DNA of 64,000 nt, from assembly GCA_046563655.1 (NCBI GenBank), contig CM102284.1, positions 2,666,001 to 2,730,000 on the forward strand, given 5' to 3'. How positions within the stretch are numbered: the stretch's first letter is position 1; each line of letters starts with the position of its first letter. This document shows positions 25,787-41,281 of this stretch, piece by piece. The stretch is from Yuukianura sp. NJ FZ-2021 (Eukaryota). The position numbers and the translations under genes were made by a program. The notes beneath the pieces were generated by a model that saw only the letters and a program-made list of their open reading frames with translations, made no database searches and was not told the DNA's origin.

Positions 25787-27970
25787 TCACTTTCTTGGCT
25801 GTTTCATTAAATTACTACCGGTGGACTTATAGAAAAAGTGAAAATCATCCACTCCGTTGACGTCTGGGCCGTCAATATCCAAGTTATTTAGAATACTTTC
25901 TCTGTTATACAGGCGAGGACTGCGGTTGAACGAAATTCGGTCAGGTAAGTTATCGTCAAAGTAGCACTTGCATACACAACAAGAAGGAAATCGAAACCTG
26001 CAGAATTAAAAATTGATGACTTACATTTAGTTCTAGAACAACTTTTGATTTCATTCCAAAAAAATAGCGATTTGCGCTAGTGTTAGGTCGAATGTAGTTG
26101 AACAGCTAGAGAAATTTGCTGGCCCGTTTTTACAATAAAAAAAAATCATGAATTCCGAATTTACCAATCAGAGAATATTCCACGGCATTCATTATGAGGG
26201 TCAAAAGCTAGCAGTCTGTGCAATCGGTACTGTTGTTCACACCTAGTTCAAATTTAGCACGATCAAATTTAAAAACTGCGACATTAATAATATAATAATA
26301 ATAATATTATTATTATATTATGTTATATTATTATATTATATTATAATATTATGTTCGGAAATATTTTGAATTCTAAAGGCTCACCTGCAGCCATCTCGAC
26401 AATACATTTGGCGACGCTCATTAGTACACTTTTCCCAATGAATGTACTGCTCAAATGGGTATAAATTTAGAAGTGCAAGCACTTCACCTCTGGTATTGTT
26501 GGCCCAATATGGAGCAACAACTTCCTCCTGCACTGGACAAGCATTTCTGTTAAGCAAAGATTTCATTACTGTGTTTTTACTGCTTATTCACATCGAATTG
26601 AATGACAAATTAGATAATCATAGCTTCCGACAAAAAATTTTTTCGAAATTGTTTTTTTTTTACCCGAAAGTATACGACTGCTTTCGGGTAAAAAAAAAAT
26701 AGAAAATAGTTCAAGCCATGTCAAAACTTTTTTTCACACGCTAAAATGAAAAAGCACAGAAAAATCTTTTTTTTTTGAAAGTGTTATTTTCGGGACCGAA
26801 AATTTTGTGTTGCTCTCGATAAACAATTTTTTTTAAGAAAAATTTTGAGTACTGATTAAATGTGCGCTTACACTCCTTGGCGATTTGTCGTTCTGATTCG
26901 AGGATCCTCAGTAGTTGTAGTTGTTGATTGTGTTTTTTCTGTGTCTTGAAATAGAATTTGCTCCGAATCGTTTCTTGTCTTCTCTTCAGATGTTTGGACA
27001 GAATTCACTGGCGCTTGCGTAGAAGAAATCGAAATATTTGCTGTTTCTGAACTTTCATTAACTGCCGTATGAAGTTCATTCGGAGCTTGATTTTCGTCAA
27101 TTGTGGCCGGAGCAGTTGTAATCTCCACGGAATCTTCCGTTGGTTCCCCTGCATCCGCTACAACACTTTCTCCCTTGTCAACTACCAGAGATATAACATC
27201 CTCCGTGGTCGTAGCCATGTCTGCAACGGTGGTCAACAACTCAAGGTCATCTGCTTGACTACTGCTACTGCTAGAGGTTTTTTCGTCAACGTCGCTCAGC
27301 GTGTCTCCCTGATCACCGGAGCTAAGTTTAGCTTCTTCTAAAGAACTGGTGACCACGAGAGTTGGAATGCTTTCGGTGGTAAAGTAACTGCTAAGCGACA
27401 TCGTTGGATCAAACGTTGTCATTGGTTTGAAAATATCTCCAAAGTCTCTGGATTCCTCCAAATTATTGTCTTCTCCTGCAAATTCCATTCTTAGTACGGA
27501 CAATTGGCGTACCTCCCCGTACATTCTGCGCATGAGTCCTTGATTCTCAAAAACAAAACGACGCACGGAGTGCCTACGGGAAATCAAGTAGAATATATAT
27601 GTTAAAAATCAGCCGCAAAATCACACTAGGTTTTTCAAAGCGTCAGCGATGGTGCTATAGAGTGACAATCTGCGACATTCTGGTAGCCGTAGCATTGCAC
27701 TATCACTGACAAACGTATGACCTGACATGGTGAAATGGCGAATTCGCACATATAACAAACGTTAGGTATGTAAAAATTGTTGTACCAGGGGTATCTGGGT
27801 CCAGGAAGGGCACACCAACTATCTTTGTTGTGTTCCATACTGTCACAGGGTGGTTGAGCTTGTTGTCGGGATGACCTAGAAGATTTGACTGGTCTGGAAC
27901 AGGTCATGTACTCATCGTTTGCATTCACAGTAAGTCCTAAAGATCCTAAAGTGATGAGTACCTGTGTCAT
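25787..27970 (-). CDS. NT1: Neurotrophin 1 / Spaetzle-2 cystine-knot ligand; true start uncertain
   Basis: Spliced cystine knot [42 protein letters not shown]...[40 protein letters not shown]; pro-domain [22 protein letters not shown]. Confidence 0.92.
26285..26351. repeat. AT-only (TAA/TTA) microsatellite-like tract in an NT1 intron
   Basis: TAATAATATAATAATA...TATTATTATA. Confidence 0.7.
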
Positions 27971-30105
27971 GTAAGAGATAATAAAAACAAGTTAAATTAA
28001 GATTTCATACGATTTGGGAACAAAAGCAAGATGGATGTTTGCAACCAAAAAAATTCTCAAAAATTCTATTTTAACCCAAAATTTAAAACTGTAGTTGACT
28101 CCTACTTCCGTGTTTCAACAAAAAGTTAGAAAAGGAGTTGTGTATTCACAAACATTGTATAGAGAAACAACGGATCCGTCGAAGCAATGAAGCAATAAAA
28201 TTTACCAATTAAGCTACCATCCAGCAAATTTTACTAACTCAAGGTTTTCATTTCTTCGTCATCTTTTTCATGCTCAACGCTCAAACGGATGTGCAAGTTT
28301 ATAAGAAGAAGCGCAAGGGCGGGGCGTGTCGTTCAACCGGACTTTCCTTCCACCTATTTCTGTTATGGGGCGCTTTCTCTTTTTTTTGTACAAATAAGAG
28401 ATGCTTCCCTCATCTTGGGTGTGATTCAAAGTAAACAAATTATAATTTCAGTGTCAAATTCATAGCATGTATGCGTGCCAGGGCAAAATTACATTATTCA
28501 AAAACTGCTAAAAAATCCGTTCAATAATGACTTTATTTAGTCCCATTAATAGGAAATTTTCCTATAAATCAAATTATTAATATTTCCCAGATTCGTTATT
28601 CATTCAAGTATTAAATACACTGGATTTCAGCCGCCCCAACTATTTTTCACGTGATTTTTTAAATCAGTCAAGTCATCTATAGCAAGTTATTTGACTTGTC
28701 CCTCTTCATTTCTGTTGTACTTGTCACTAATCACTTGATTTCAAAACCCGACCTCACTTATTCAAGTTTGAGTTAAGTGAACTCATTAAAGACAAAGTTC
28801 GTCATTTTTCAACATTTTCCACCCTTGTATAGTGAAAATGAGTGGGTCACGTCCGCACTAAGATTCCCGTGACGCTCGGCTATTTTTGGCCTTGTTTTCT
28901 ATTTCTCTTCCCTTTCCTTTTTGACACTTTCACTGAATTTTGGTTAAGGTTTGAATTTTTATCCACGTTTAGACTTGGATTTTTAGCACGCGATCAAACT
29001 TTCTATTCTTATTCTTAAAAGAACGTTTTTTTTATCAAAGAGATTTTCCGCATACAGCGTTGTGTTTGAAGTTTCGGAAAATTTCACTGATATTTTAAGA
29101 TATTTTCTCGTAATTCATAAATACTAACTTTTTAAAAATAGAAAAACTTGACAGTGCGGGTATACTTTTTGAGTGGAAGTTTTATACCAAGCTTTTACTT
29201 TCTTACCGTTAGTCGCCAATCCATTTCTACCGCAAAAGTCTACCGAGCACAGACTAATCCTAAGGTCAACAACATCCAGTTCACTTATTCTTCTGTCAAG
29301 GCACCACGAAATTTCACCCTTGAACCACAACTTTTGAAAACTTTGTTTGTACTTTTCCAAGGGCGACTTTCCTAATGCTACCAAAGCCACTGAACCATGT
29401 CGAAGTGTATTGGGAGCCCTATACACTAACTTTCGGTTCTCTATTGTTTACTTGGACTGAGGCAAATAGGGAACAGTTGACTTTGGCTTTCCTTCGACAA
29501 GAGAACAATGACAGATCGTATGGGAATAAGGTGCGTCTGTGGCCTTCGGCAGGAAGTGAATGACTGACTGAGCTGTTCAATGAAGAAAAAAGTAGAACTG
29601 GACTAGGCTCAGGTAGGGCGAATGTTGAAACCAAGTCCACCGATGGCCGGAGAGATGTTGGCCAAATGTATGTCAACTTCCCGTTAGTCAACTTCATTTA
29701 TCATTCGGATTGGACTTGTACAACGATAATCTCCCACTCTTACTATTCCCATTCAATACCAACCTTCAATCAGGGCTCACCAACAACAAAAAAACGAAGA
29801 TCAACGTTTGAATTTACAGAATCAACAAGAAACAAGGTGTTAAGGGACACTGAATGCATGTCAAAATGCATTCATGTCTCCCTGAACCACCCTTGTTGTG
29901 CTTTGTGCATGTGCTGCGCTAAAAGATGAAAATCAAGACCAAAACTAAATCTACATAACATAAACAAAATAAATAAAATAAAGATTTAAGATCAGTTTGA
30001 GAACTTTTAATTTTGACAAAATTACGTTGTAACAAAGGTTGAATTCATAGAAATATTCTTGAGAAATTGCTGATTTGAAATGCGGAGGCTTAATTTGGAC
30101 GTAAA

Positions 30106-30559
30106 TTAGAATGATTTTACAATCAATCCGACTGTGAGCAGCAGCATAGTGTCAAGGATGCATTTGTTGCATGAACTCCCTTTCTCTGAGTTGACTCCAC
30201 CGGGTTTCTCTGGGGCGCTTGATACTTCGCCATTTGCCATTTTGACCATCTCAGCCGTCGTACACTTGGCTAGAACGTTTTGCTCACAACATTTGACCTT
30301 AATCTTTTCTGCAGTAGCAATGTAGTTCGGGAATGCCGCTTGCGAAGCTTCAGTCGACTCGCCCTTAATTCTCACGCCATTCTTAAACCAGCCATTCACC
30401 AAAGCAGTGAAATTTGTTGACTTGTTCCTTCCTTCCAAACTACACATAGACGAACTAAGATATGCCATGAAGTCCACTTTGGTTTCAGCTCTTCCATTGC
30501 AAAAGCCAATAATACCAAAGGTAATGGTGCAGACAAGAACGGCGCGCAGAATCCAGTTC
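30106..30559 (-). CDS. Orphan small secreted, probably GPI-anchored, cysteine-containing protein, paralog A (single exon)
   Basis: Signal-peptide-like MNWILRAVLVCTITFGIIGFCNG; hydrophobic C-terminal tail after SEKGSS; ORF preserved with in-frame indels relative to paralog B; an upstream in-frame ATG also exists. Confidence 0.65.
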
Positions 30560-30931
30560 ATTCTTGCGTTGGAACAAAGTCCAAATTGACCGCAACGAAT
30601 GTCGAAGTAGGCCATGACTCTTACTTTCAATTCTTCCGATCAGTAAATCTCGAACGCCTGCGACAAAAAGAATCAACTGACACATATACCGTTTAATTAC
30701 TGTGATTAATAGTATTAAACTTCTTACTCAAGCTCAATTACGATTGACGGAATCTCCCCTTCCAAATAAACCGAAGACAATCATTGGTCAAGATTCTGGA
30801 CGTCTTAAGAAGGAATAAGACATGGCAACGGTGGGTCTCGTTTTGCCTCAAATTAATTAACTTTCAGGCCTTATAAGTCCTCACAGGAATGACGTAGAAA
30901 TTTGTACAATACCTCTAAAAATTCGTTGATA

Positions 30932-31072
30932 CATGGGGAACAATTATCAGGGGTCAGAATTTGATATTTTGCTGCTAAACAATGCAAAAAATACGATACA
31001 AAGTCCAATTTTGTCTAAGTATTGTATGACACCAAAATTTGGGAAATTGGTCCCTGATCATTGTCCGCCATG
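30932..31072. repeat. Short imperfect inverted repeat (possible MITE remnant)
   Basis: CATGGGGAACAATTATCAGGG (30932) versus CCCTGATCATTGTCCGCCATG (31052-31072). Confidence 0.45.
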
Positions 31073-31573
31073 GTCTTCCGGATTTTTAGACACCTCAAAC
31101 GCATTTTTAGGTATTATAGTAAGACACTTATAAGAGAAAATAGATGTAATTCTGACATTATTTAGCAATTCGCAAATGTCGGCACTGAAATCAGCCGTCT
31201 CCATGGATACAAGTTGATTGTTGAGTCCCAGGTTGTTTGAATTCCTATCCTGCGAAATACTTTGGTTTGTCAATCATTGGAAACAGTGCCGACTTTTGCA
31301 AGTTTGAGCAGTGATTTTGCTTTGTTACTAACGGCAATGGCTGACACCAAATCGTAAACAAACGCTGCCTCTTACCCGTCCTTAAGAGATTGTAATAAAA
31401 AGGATGATGGAGCTCGTCCCAAGTGCTTCGAATGTTCTGCAGTTCAAACAAACTTGGCCAGTTCCCAAGGTAAATAGAATACTACATCAAAATGCATTCA
31501 TGTCTTCCTGAACCAGCCTTCTTGTTGTGCTGCTTTAAAAGATGAAAATCAAGATCAAAACTAAATCTAAAAT

Positions 31574-31662
31574 AACATAAGCAATCTAACTTAAATCCTA
31601 CTTCTTTTCTCAACCTGCCTTTGGCAGGTGACTGTGAAAAAATTCGATAAATAAATGAAAAA

Positions 31663-31697
<35 letters not shown>

Positions 31698-31706
31698 ATA
31701 AGCAAT
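31574..31706 (+). mobile_element. Short 5'-truncated non-LTR-type retro-insertion with poly(A) tail and target-site duplication
   Basis: Absent from paralogous unit A; flanked by AACATAAGCAAT (31574-31585, 31695-31706); AATAAA at 31650; A-run 31665-31696; hairpin ACCTGCC-TTT-GGCAGGT. Confidence 0.75.
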
Positions 31707-31849
31707 GTAAATAAAATAAAATAAACATTTAAGATCAGTTTGAGAACTTTTAATTTTTAACAAAATTACGTTGTAACAAATGTTGAATTCACAGAAATAT
31801 TCTTGAAAAATTGTTGATTTGAAATACGGAGGCTTAATTTGGACGTGAA

Positions 31850-32320
31850 CTAGAATGATTTTACAATCAATCCGACTGTGAGCAGCAGCATTATAGTGTC
31901 AAGGATGCACTTGTTGCATGAACTCCCTTTCTCTGAGTTTACTTCGCCGGGTTTTCCAGGGTCGCTTGATACTCCATTTGCCATTTTTTCTTTCTCAGCT
32001 TCCGTGCACTTGCTTAGATTCTTTTGCTTTTGCTCACAACATTTGACCTTAATTTTCTTTGCAGTAGCAATGTAGTTCGGGATTGCCGCTTGGGAAACTT
32101 CAGTCGACTCGCCCTTAATTCTCACGCCAGTCTTAAACCACAACTTCACCAGAGCAGTGGAATCGGAATCTGCTGACTCGTCGTTTTCCAGACCACAAAT
32201 AGCCGAACTAAGACGTATCACGAACTCCACTTTGGTCAATTCTTCTTCTTGTCCATTGCAAAAGCCAATAATACCAAAGGTAATGGTGCAGACAAGAGCG
32301 GCGCGCAGAATCCAGTTCAT
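31850..32320 (-). CDS. Orphan small secreted, probably GPI-anchored, cysteine-containing protein, paralog B (single exon)
   Basis: Same architecture as paralog A; shared WFK.GVRIKGESTE.SQAA.PNYIATA.KIKVKCCEQ core. Confidence 0.65.
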   Translation of the reverse strand: MNWILRAALVCTITFGIIGFCNGQEEELTKVEFVIRLSSAICGLENDESADSDSTALVKLWFKTGVRIKGESTEVSQAAIPNYIATAKKIKVKCCEQKQKNLSKCTEAEKEKMANGVSSDPGKPGEVNSEKGSSCNKCILDTIMLLLTVGLIVKSF

Positions 32321-32798
32321 TCTTGCGTTGGAACAATGTCCAAATTCACCGCAACGAATTTCGACGTAGGCCATGACTCTTCGGTTCAATTCTTCCGATC
32401 AGTAAATCCCGAACGCCTACCACAAAAAGAATTAACTCACACATATACCGTTTAATTTTTGTTATTAGTAAACTTCTTACTCAAGCTCAATTATGAACGA
32501 CGGAATCTCCAAATCCAAATAAATCGTAGACAATCGGTCAAGATTCTGGACGTCTTAAGGACGGCTTATTGTTGACTAATTTACACCAATCGTTTCCGTT
32601 AACAACTGCAAAATTCTTTTTTGTTTGACGCCAGAAGTCGGCATATTTGTTCGCTTTCACTCAAATCCACCCGTGGGGATTCGTTGTATCTTTCGTACAA
32701 ACATATAAACAATTGCCGATGTCTTGGTGATTTGCGTCGATTTGCAGTCAAACTTCGAGAATTTTTGGTCAGTTTGTAAAATGAGTGCCAGAGCACGC

Positions 32799-33048
32799 TA
32801 GGGTGGACATAGAAAAACGATTAATGGTATCAAAATTTGTGAAATGCGATTGCGGGGTTTTCAACGGTAAAAAAAATTAGAAATTCTCACGTTGAAATCT
32901 AAAAAACAACGATTATTTGCGACTACTTTTCTTATATCGGTTATAACTTTTAAGTGTGTTAAGATATTTCAAATCCGACACCGTTGAAAACCCCGCCATG
33001 GTTTTCCGCAAATTTTGATACCTTACTTAACGTTCTGCGTTGACCCTA
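32799..33048. mobile_element. MITE-like element with ~70-bp imperfect terminal inverted repeats and TA at both ends
   Basis: TAGGGT...GGTATCAAAATTTG...GCGGGGTTTTCAACGGT versus ACCGTTGAAAACCCCGC...CAAATTTTGATACC...ACCCTA; no counterpart in duplicated unit A. Confidence 0.65.
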
Positions 33049-34146
33049 CGATTTTTAACTGATTTTAGAAAATGGTCAATTTTCAGTAGTTATCAGACCT
33101 CTTCGTTGCCGAGCTAACAGGACCTTAAGAGATTTGTAATAAAACGATGAGGGAGCTCGTCCCAAGATGTTTCGAATGTTCGGCAGTTCAAACAAACTTG
33201 GCTAGTTCCCATGTACACGATGAGTTTGATTCAAAAACGAGAGTTTTCATTGTCAAGGTGACTTTCTTTTCACAAGGCTAAAGAAAAATTGAAAATTGTT
33301 CCGCCAAAAACGAAATAACGCCAGTTCTTCAAAACTTTAGGTTTCTACTACCAGTGTTTCGTAAAACGCGCTATTTTAATGGCTGCGTGAAAAATTTAGA
33401 TATTTGCTTTTTCAATTTTTCGCCTATGCCGAATTTGCCATTGCCTATCATGTGGAAGTCTTTGTAACAAACAGTGTTACCAGTTAACCAGTGTCGATAG
33501 ATTCTTCTTACAGCAAACCGAAAGAAAATTTCACTGCAATGCTGGAGCATTTTCTTAGTTGTATGCATCCATACATCCAATTTCCACAACGTGCATTGGT
33601 CTCAAATACCGTAGAATGCGTTGGTTGACGACTAACATCCTTATTGTTATTTTAGAACACTATTACGATAGCGTAGGGAATACAATGTTACAAAAAAAAA
33701 CGAGCCTCAAATAATTTTAGCACAATGTTGAGACAGAAGTCATGCCGCAGAATACATACTTCATCAGGAAAATTTTCGCTGTGAAACGGCGTACAAGTAC
33801 TAGATTTGCTTTGAGAATTTTACAGCTTACTGTATATTACATAATATCCAAGACCACTGATTTATAAAAGATATAACGTTGCATAACTTTATTTTTCAAT
33901 TCATGTGGTTTTACAGTTGCTTATGGCGAGCAAAGAGCTTCCGAAGAGTTTCGTCTCTCTCCATTTCACTTTCAGATTCGTGCACCTACTACATGCCTCT
34001 TACAGAGTCATTAAGTACATAAGTCAATCCAAATTAAATTTCAATATTCTACAAAATTCCTCAACGTCTTAGCTTACTCTTTTTTAAATAAAATCTTTTG
34101 TACTCAAAGCAGCCTTCTTTTTTAAAACTCTAGTAAATGGTGTTGT

Positions 34147-36900
<2,754 letters not shown>

Positions 36901-38110
36901 GTATATTTAAGTGAAACCGATTTTGGATGCAGTTTTAAAACAGCACACCCACACGTTTCACGACTTTATCGACTAGTAGACCTCCATAAAGTAAGAATTG
37001 AAAAATTGATTTAAAATTATTCTTTAAAACTTCCTCTTTCTCTGTCTATATTCATAAAGTTGTAGCATCTATGAACGAGGTATGGGAGTGGTGCACGAAT
37101 CCACTGACTTGGTATGAACTTACAGAAATCATAAAAGAGTCGGATAAGTCCGAGTTGAAGTACATCAACGCCGAACTGGTTGTAGCCACGTCGTAACCAA
37201 CTGACGCCATTATTTGTAACCACCCAATTGCTAGCCACCACAAACAAGGTTGTTAAAATCGATATTTTGTTTATTTTGTTTTAGCATTAGTTAATGCATG
37301 TATAACAGGACGATTTCGCAGCCTTGACTTATCGGAATCTAGATGATGCAACTTACTAGGTTGTACCCATCCTTGATGTCACGACTTATGGCCTTTATGA
37401 AGGCCTTTTTCCAGTGTATAGATTGTCAAAAATTTGGGAGGACGGACGTTTTGTGTTCAAGAATTTTTTTTTTGCTCCAAACGTTCCAAAAACGTTTGAA
37501 ACATAATATAAAGTGGAAAAAAAGAAAAATAATTTTTTTTTTCTTTTTGAAATTTTGACTAATGAAACTGAGATTTCACCAAAAGTTTCACAGTCGCAGA
37601 AGCGGAAACCCGATTATAAACATGTCAAGAAAAAACCGAAGAAGTTGAGCGAAAATTTTGAAGCATTTTTTTAAGAAAAGTTTTTATGCTCTAACGTATC
37701 CAACAACAAAGTACAATTTTCTTATTTTTTTAGTAGCAAACGGCTGAGGCTATTAAAGCTCTCTTTAATGAAACTTTCTTTATGTTTAGCTCAGTTTTAT
37801 ACTTTCTCAGTCTGTCTGCCAAATTTTTAAAGAAAAAAAAAACGTGCGTATTCAAAAAACAATTGAACAGACAAATTAAAATTTACAAAATGCGAAATTC
37901 ATTTCAAGGTGACCAAAAACAACGTGTAATGAAGTGTGTAATGATCCGTTTACTTCCAAATTGCGAAATTAAACGTTGAAATGCTTGTCTATATTTGGCC
38001 CACAAGTTTCAGCAGTAACTTTATTATTATAATTCTACACCATTAGTCATTAACTAGATAATTTTTTCGGGAATTGTTTCTTCACATTTTGGCTAAAAAT
38101 TTAACAAGGT

Positions 38111-39815
38111 TCAGGCACTTGCCCAAAGTTTTCCAAAGCTAAAAAGTCCCATAATGAGTGCTAAAATTAGGACCGTAGAGTTGGTGAGGATACTGCTACT
38201 ATTGCAATTGTTCCCTTTACAAGTGCAAACAGTGATACGTCCACCGAGTCCAGCACGGTAGTAGCAAGCGTCATTGTACTTTTCTTCGCTATCGTCCCAC
38301 CCACAAGTCCGCTTAATCCTCTCTCCAGCCTTGTTGTCATTCACGTCAAAGTCAACAACCGTAACCATTTTTCGACAAAACTTGTAGCTCTCGTTTGCTG
38401 GAAGGGCCGGCAATTGCTTCTTGAAATCTGGTTCTGTTGTATTACATGGTTTCGAATACTTTTGGTCAACGTCTTTTCCATGGCCACAGTTTTTGTCCTC
38501 CACGGAGTTACAAATGATACAACTGAGGCTGGACACTGGAACAAGCAAAAGTAAAGCAAACATTAGACACTCCTCATTTGCAAATATTTGAGATTCACAG
38601 GCTCAAGTTCGCAACTATAGTTTAAGTGGATGAAGTGGAAAGAAGCTACTGTGCTAATTCTGAAATTGTCCAATTAGGTTAACGTGATATGACTTTTCCG
38701 CCACGAGTTGGCAACTCAGCAGTTTGAAAAATTTCTGCAGGTCATTAATATTAAACCTAAGTTTTTCAATTTCAATAATTCCAATGCCAATTCAATTATG
38801 CATTTTGAACTTCAAAAGTAATTATATTTATGGTCAGTTTGAATATACTTCCGTGGCCTTTCCTAAACACTTTGCAATCCAGAATTTTGCTGTTTGCCAA
38901 AATTTTTCCGAAAAACCGCTTAAGATAATTCTAACAAAGATTAAGGCCAAAAGTTCAAATTCCTGTGCAAACCTCCATGAAAATGTGTCGGCGTGCATAG
39001 ACTACTAAATCTTTCTTCGAAAAGTTCATCCTTATGCTAAAAGCATGCCAAGAGAATTCTGGGGTCAAAGGTTAACCTGACTGTTATAGTCGTTTCTCAT
39101 AACACCCTGCAAAAAACTAGACTCTTTTTAGTGCAGAGAGTGTTTGGCGAAGAATTAATTCTACTTGAGGGATTGATTACGTAATGTAAGATGGAACAAA
39201 ATTCTGCTCGTTTTGAAGTCACAGTTATTACAAAGCCGTTTATAGCATTTTGTTCTGGTAAATCATGCTTAATATTTTAGACGTCTCATAAATTCTACTA
39301 GACGAAGCAGGGACACTAACTTATTTTCACACAATGAATTATTCATCCAGAAGCAGTGTAGACCAGTTTTACATTTGTTTCGAGCATCCATACTTTCTTT
39401 CTCACATTACAATTCGAAAAAAAAATTTATGAATCCCAGTACAGAAATGTCGTTCTATGTAAGGTCAAGCCGGTTCTCAAATTTTTGGATAAGAAAAACC
39501 AGTTGCTCAAAAACTAGATCTCACACCTAGTTAGTAAATAATTTTAACACCTTTAAACAACTAAATGACAAGTTTTGAGCGTTTTAAACCCGTTATTGGA
39601 CTTAAAAACTTCAAAATTGTTAAATTGTTCAAATATGACCCTGTTTCAGACTCTGTCAGATGCAAAAGCCCAAAATTTGGACTAAAACTTCCAAAAGGTG
39701 TGAAAGTTTTAGTTTTTAGAACTCGAATAAACACATATATCGATGCAATTAATCGGAACTTACCCGTAACTGCTGAAAGAAGAACCAGGGACGAGATGTA
39801 CAGTAGCGTCTTCAT
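38111..39815 (-). CDS. Ly6/uPAR three-finger (Quiver/sleepless-family) GPI-anchored protein
   Basis: Signal-peptide exon 39815-39764 plus exon ~38535-38111; LSCIICNS..C..C..CRK..RTCG..CY..CTC..NCN and hydrophobic tail. Confidence 0.88.
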
Positions 39816-40578
39816 GATGAACGGCTAGTTACGGATTCTAGAGACCTTCTACTGCTGGAAAGTGGATCACGTATGCAAACCTGAAACTGCAAAAACTAAA
39901 GAATAAGCTGCAAACTTTACGACGGAGGGATAATTTGAGCCTCTAAACGAAGGAGGAGGGCTACCGCATAAACGGTATGATATCTATATCTTTGACACGC
40001 AATTTTACTTCTTCCTCATGCTATTCTTTGTACATCTTCCGAGAAGAACATTTCAAGAGCTCTTCTCTGGTCTGTTTTACTTTTAAGCATTGGACGACCT
40101 TCGTCTCTCCTACATATAATTTCTATATGTGTTCCATCTTCTATCGACTTTCGAATAGAACGGGAGCTTTTTGCTTTTTTATCAGCTTCATAATTTAATG
40201 GACATTTTTTATAAAGCTTCAAAGTGTATAGTAAAATTAATGGCAGCTACCCATCACACTCTTCCAAAAAATTATTTCTTTTCTGCCGCGAAAACGATTC
40301 TTTTGATTTTTCAAAAACTAAAAATTATTTTTGACGCCCGGCGTTTTTTTTAGAATATACTTTGCAACATTTGTTCTTCAATAAAAAAAGCTGTGGAAAA
40401 GCAAATGCAATATAATGATCAACTGTAACATCATGGTGACATGCGCATTACAAGATTTTCTTAAGGTGTGAATGACATGTAAAATGTTTTGCCATTTTTT
40501 TTCGATTGTGTCTCAAATGTCACCGGTGGTGGCGCCCCTCCAATGAGCATGAGTTTTGATGAATTGTACCCTGTAAAC

Positions 40579-41281
40579 GGTTGAAGTAAACTTTGAGTCG
40601 GGTCATTGTACCCCCCAACTTGCATTGTATTGTACCCCCCTGTGTTAAGCCATCGCGGGAAATTCAAAAAAGCAACAAATCGCGCCCTCTAGTGCAACTG
40701 TCTTCAGTTTCGAAGAATTTTTTGCTTTGTACCCCCTCATTGTACCCCTCCATTGAGTTTAAGAAGTGGCAACGCTGGAATTTTTTTAAATCATTTGTCA
40801 CATTGTACCCCTCTGCACACAATCAGTTTCTGGTAAATAATTTCAATTCTGATGTTTAATTAAATTAGCCGAGCGAAGCGAGGCTAGGTTAGGTTAACTT
40901 GCGAAATAGTGATTGCATTAATTACAGTTGCGACCAGAAAAACGAGGAAATCAGTATTACGTTAGCAATTTCGTAAGTTGACCTAACCTAACCTAGCCTC
41001 GCTTCGCTCGGCTAATTTAATTGAATATTGAAATTGAAATAATTCGCATAACAAATCAATTCAATCAATATTTTCAAAACCTCCGGCGTTGCCACTTCCT
41101 AAATACAAAGGGGGGTACAGTGAGGGGGTACAGTGAAAAAATCGCTGTGCAACTAAAGAAACAAACACTAGAGGGTGCGATTTGTTGTTTTTTTGAGTTT
41201 CCCGCGATGGATTAACACAGGGGGGTACAATACAATGCAATTTGGGGGGTACAATGACCCGACTCAAAGTTTACTTCAACC
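40579..41281. mobile_element. 703-bp foldback/MITE non-autonomous DNA transposon with 8-bp target-site duplication
   Basis: TIRs begin GGTTGAAGTAAACTTTGAGTCGGGTCATTGTACCCCCCAA; CTGTAAAC at 40571-40578 and 41282-41289; arms complementary over most of their length. Confidence 0.92.

Larger units (their letters stand above)
29861..33210. repeat. Direct tandem duplication, ~1.6-1.7 kb units (A ~29861-31466, B ~31487-33210)
   Basis: ~29861-30808 aligns with ~31487-32559 and ~31381-31466 aligns with ~33123-33210; the intervening segments differ. Confidence 0.9.

Noticed and set aside
29148-29929. Coding-looking ORF fragments upstream of the duplication
   Set aside because: Interrupted by stops and frame changes; no recognisable motif or consistent splice model; may be a decayed gene but cannot be supported
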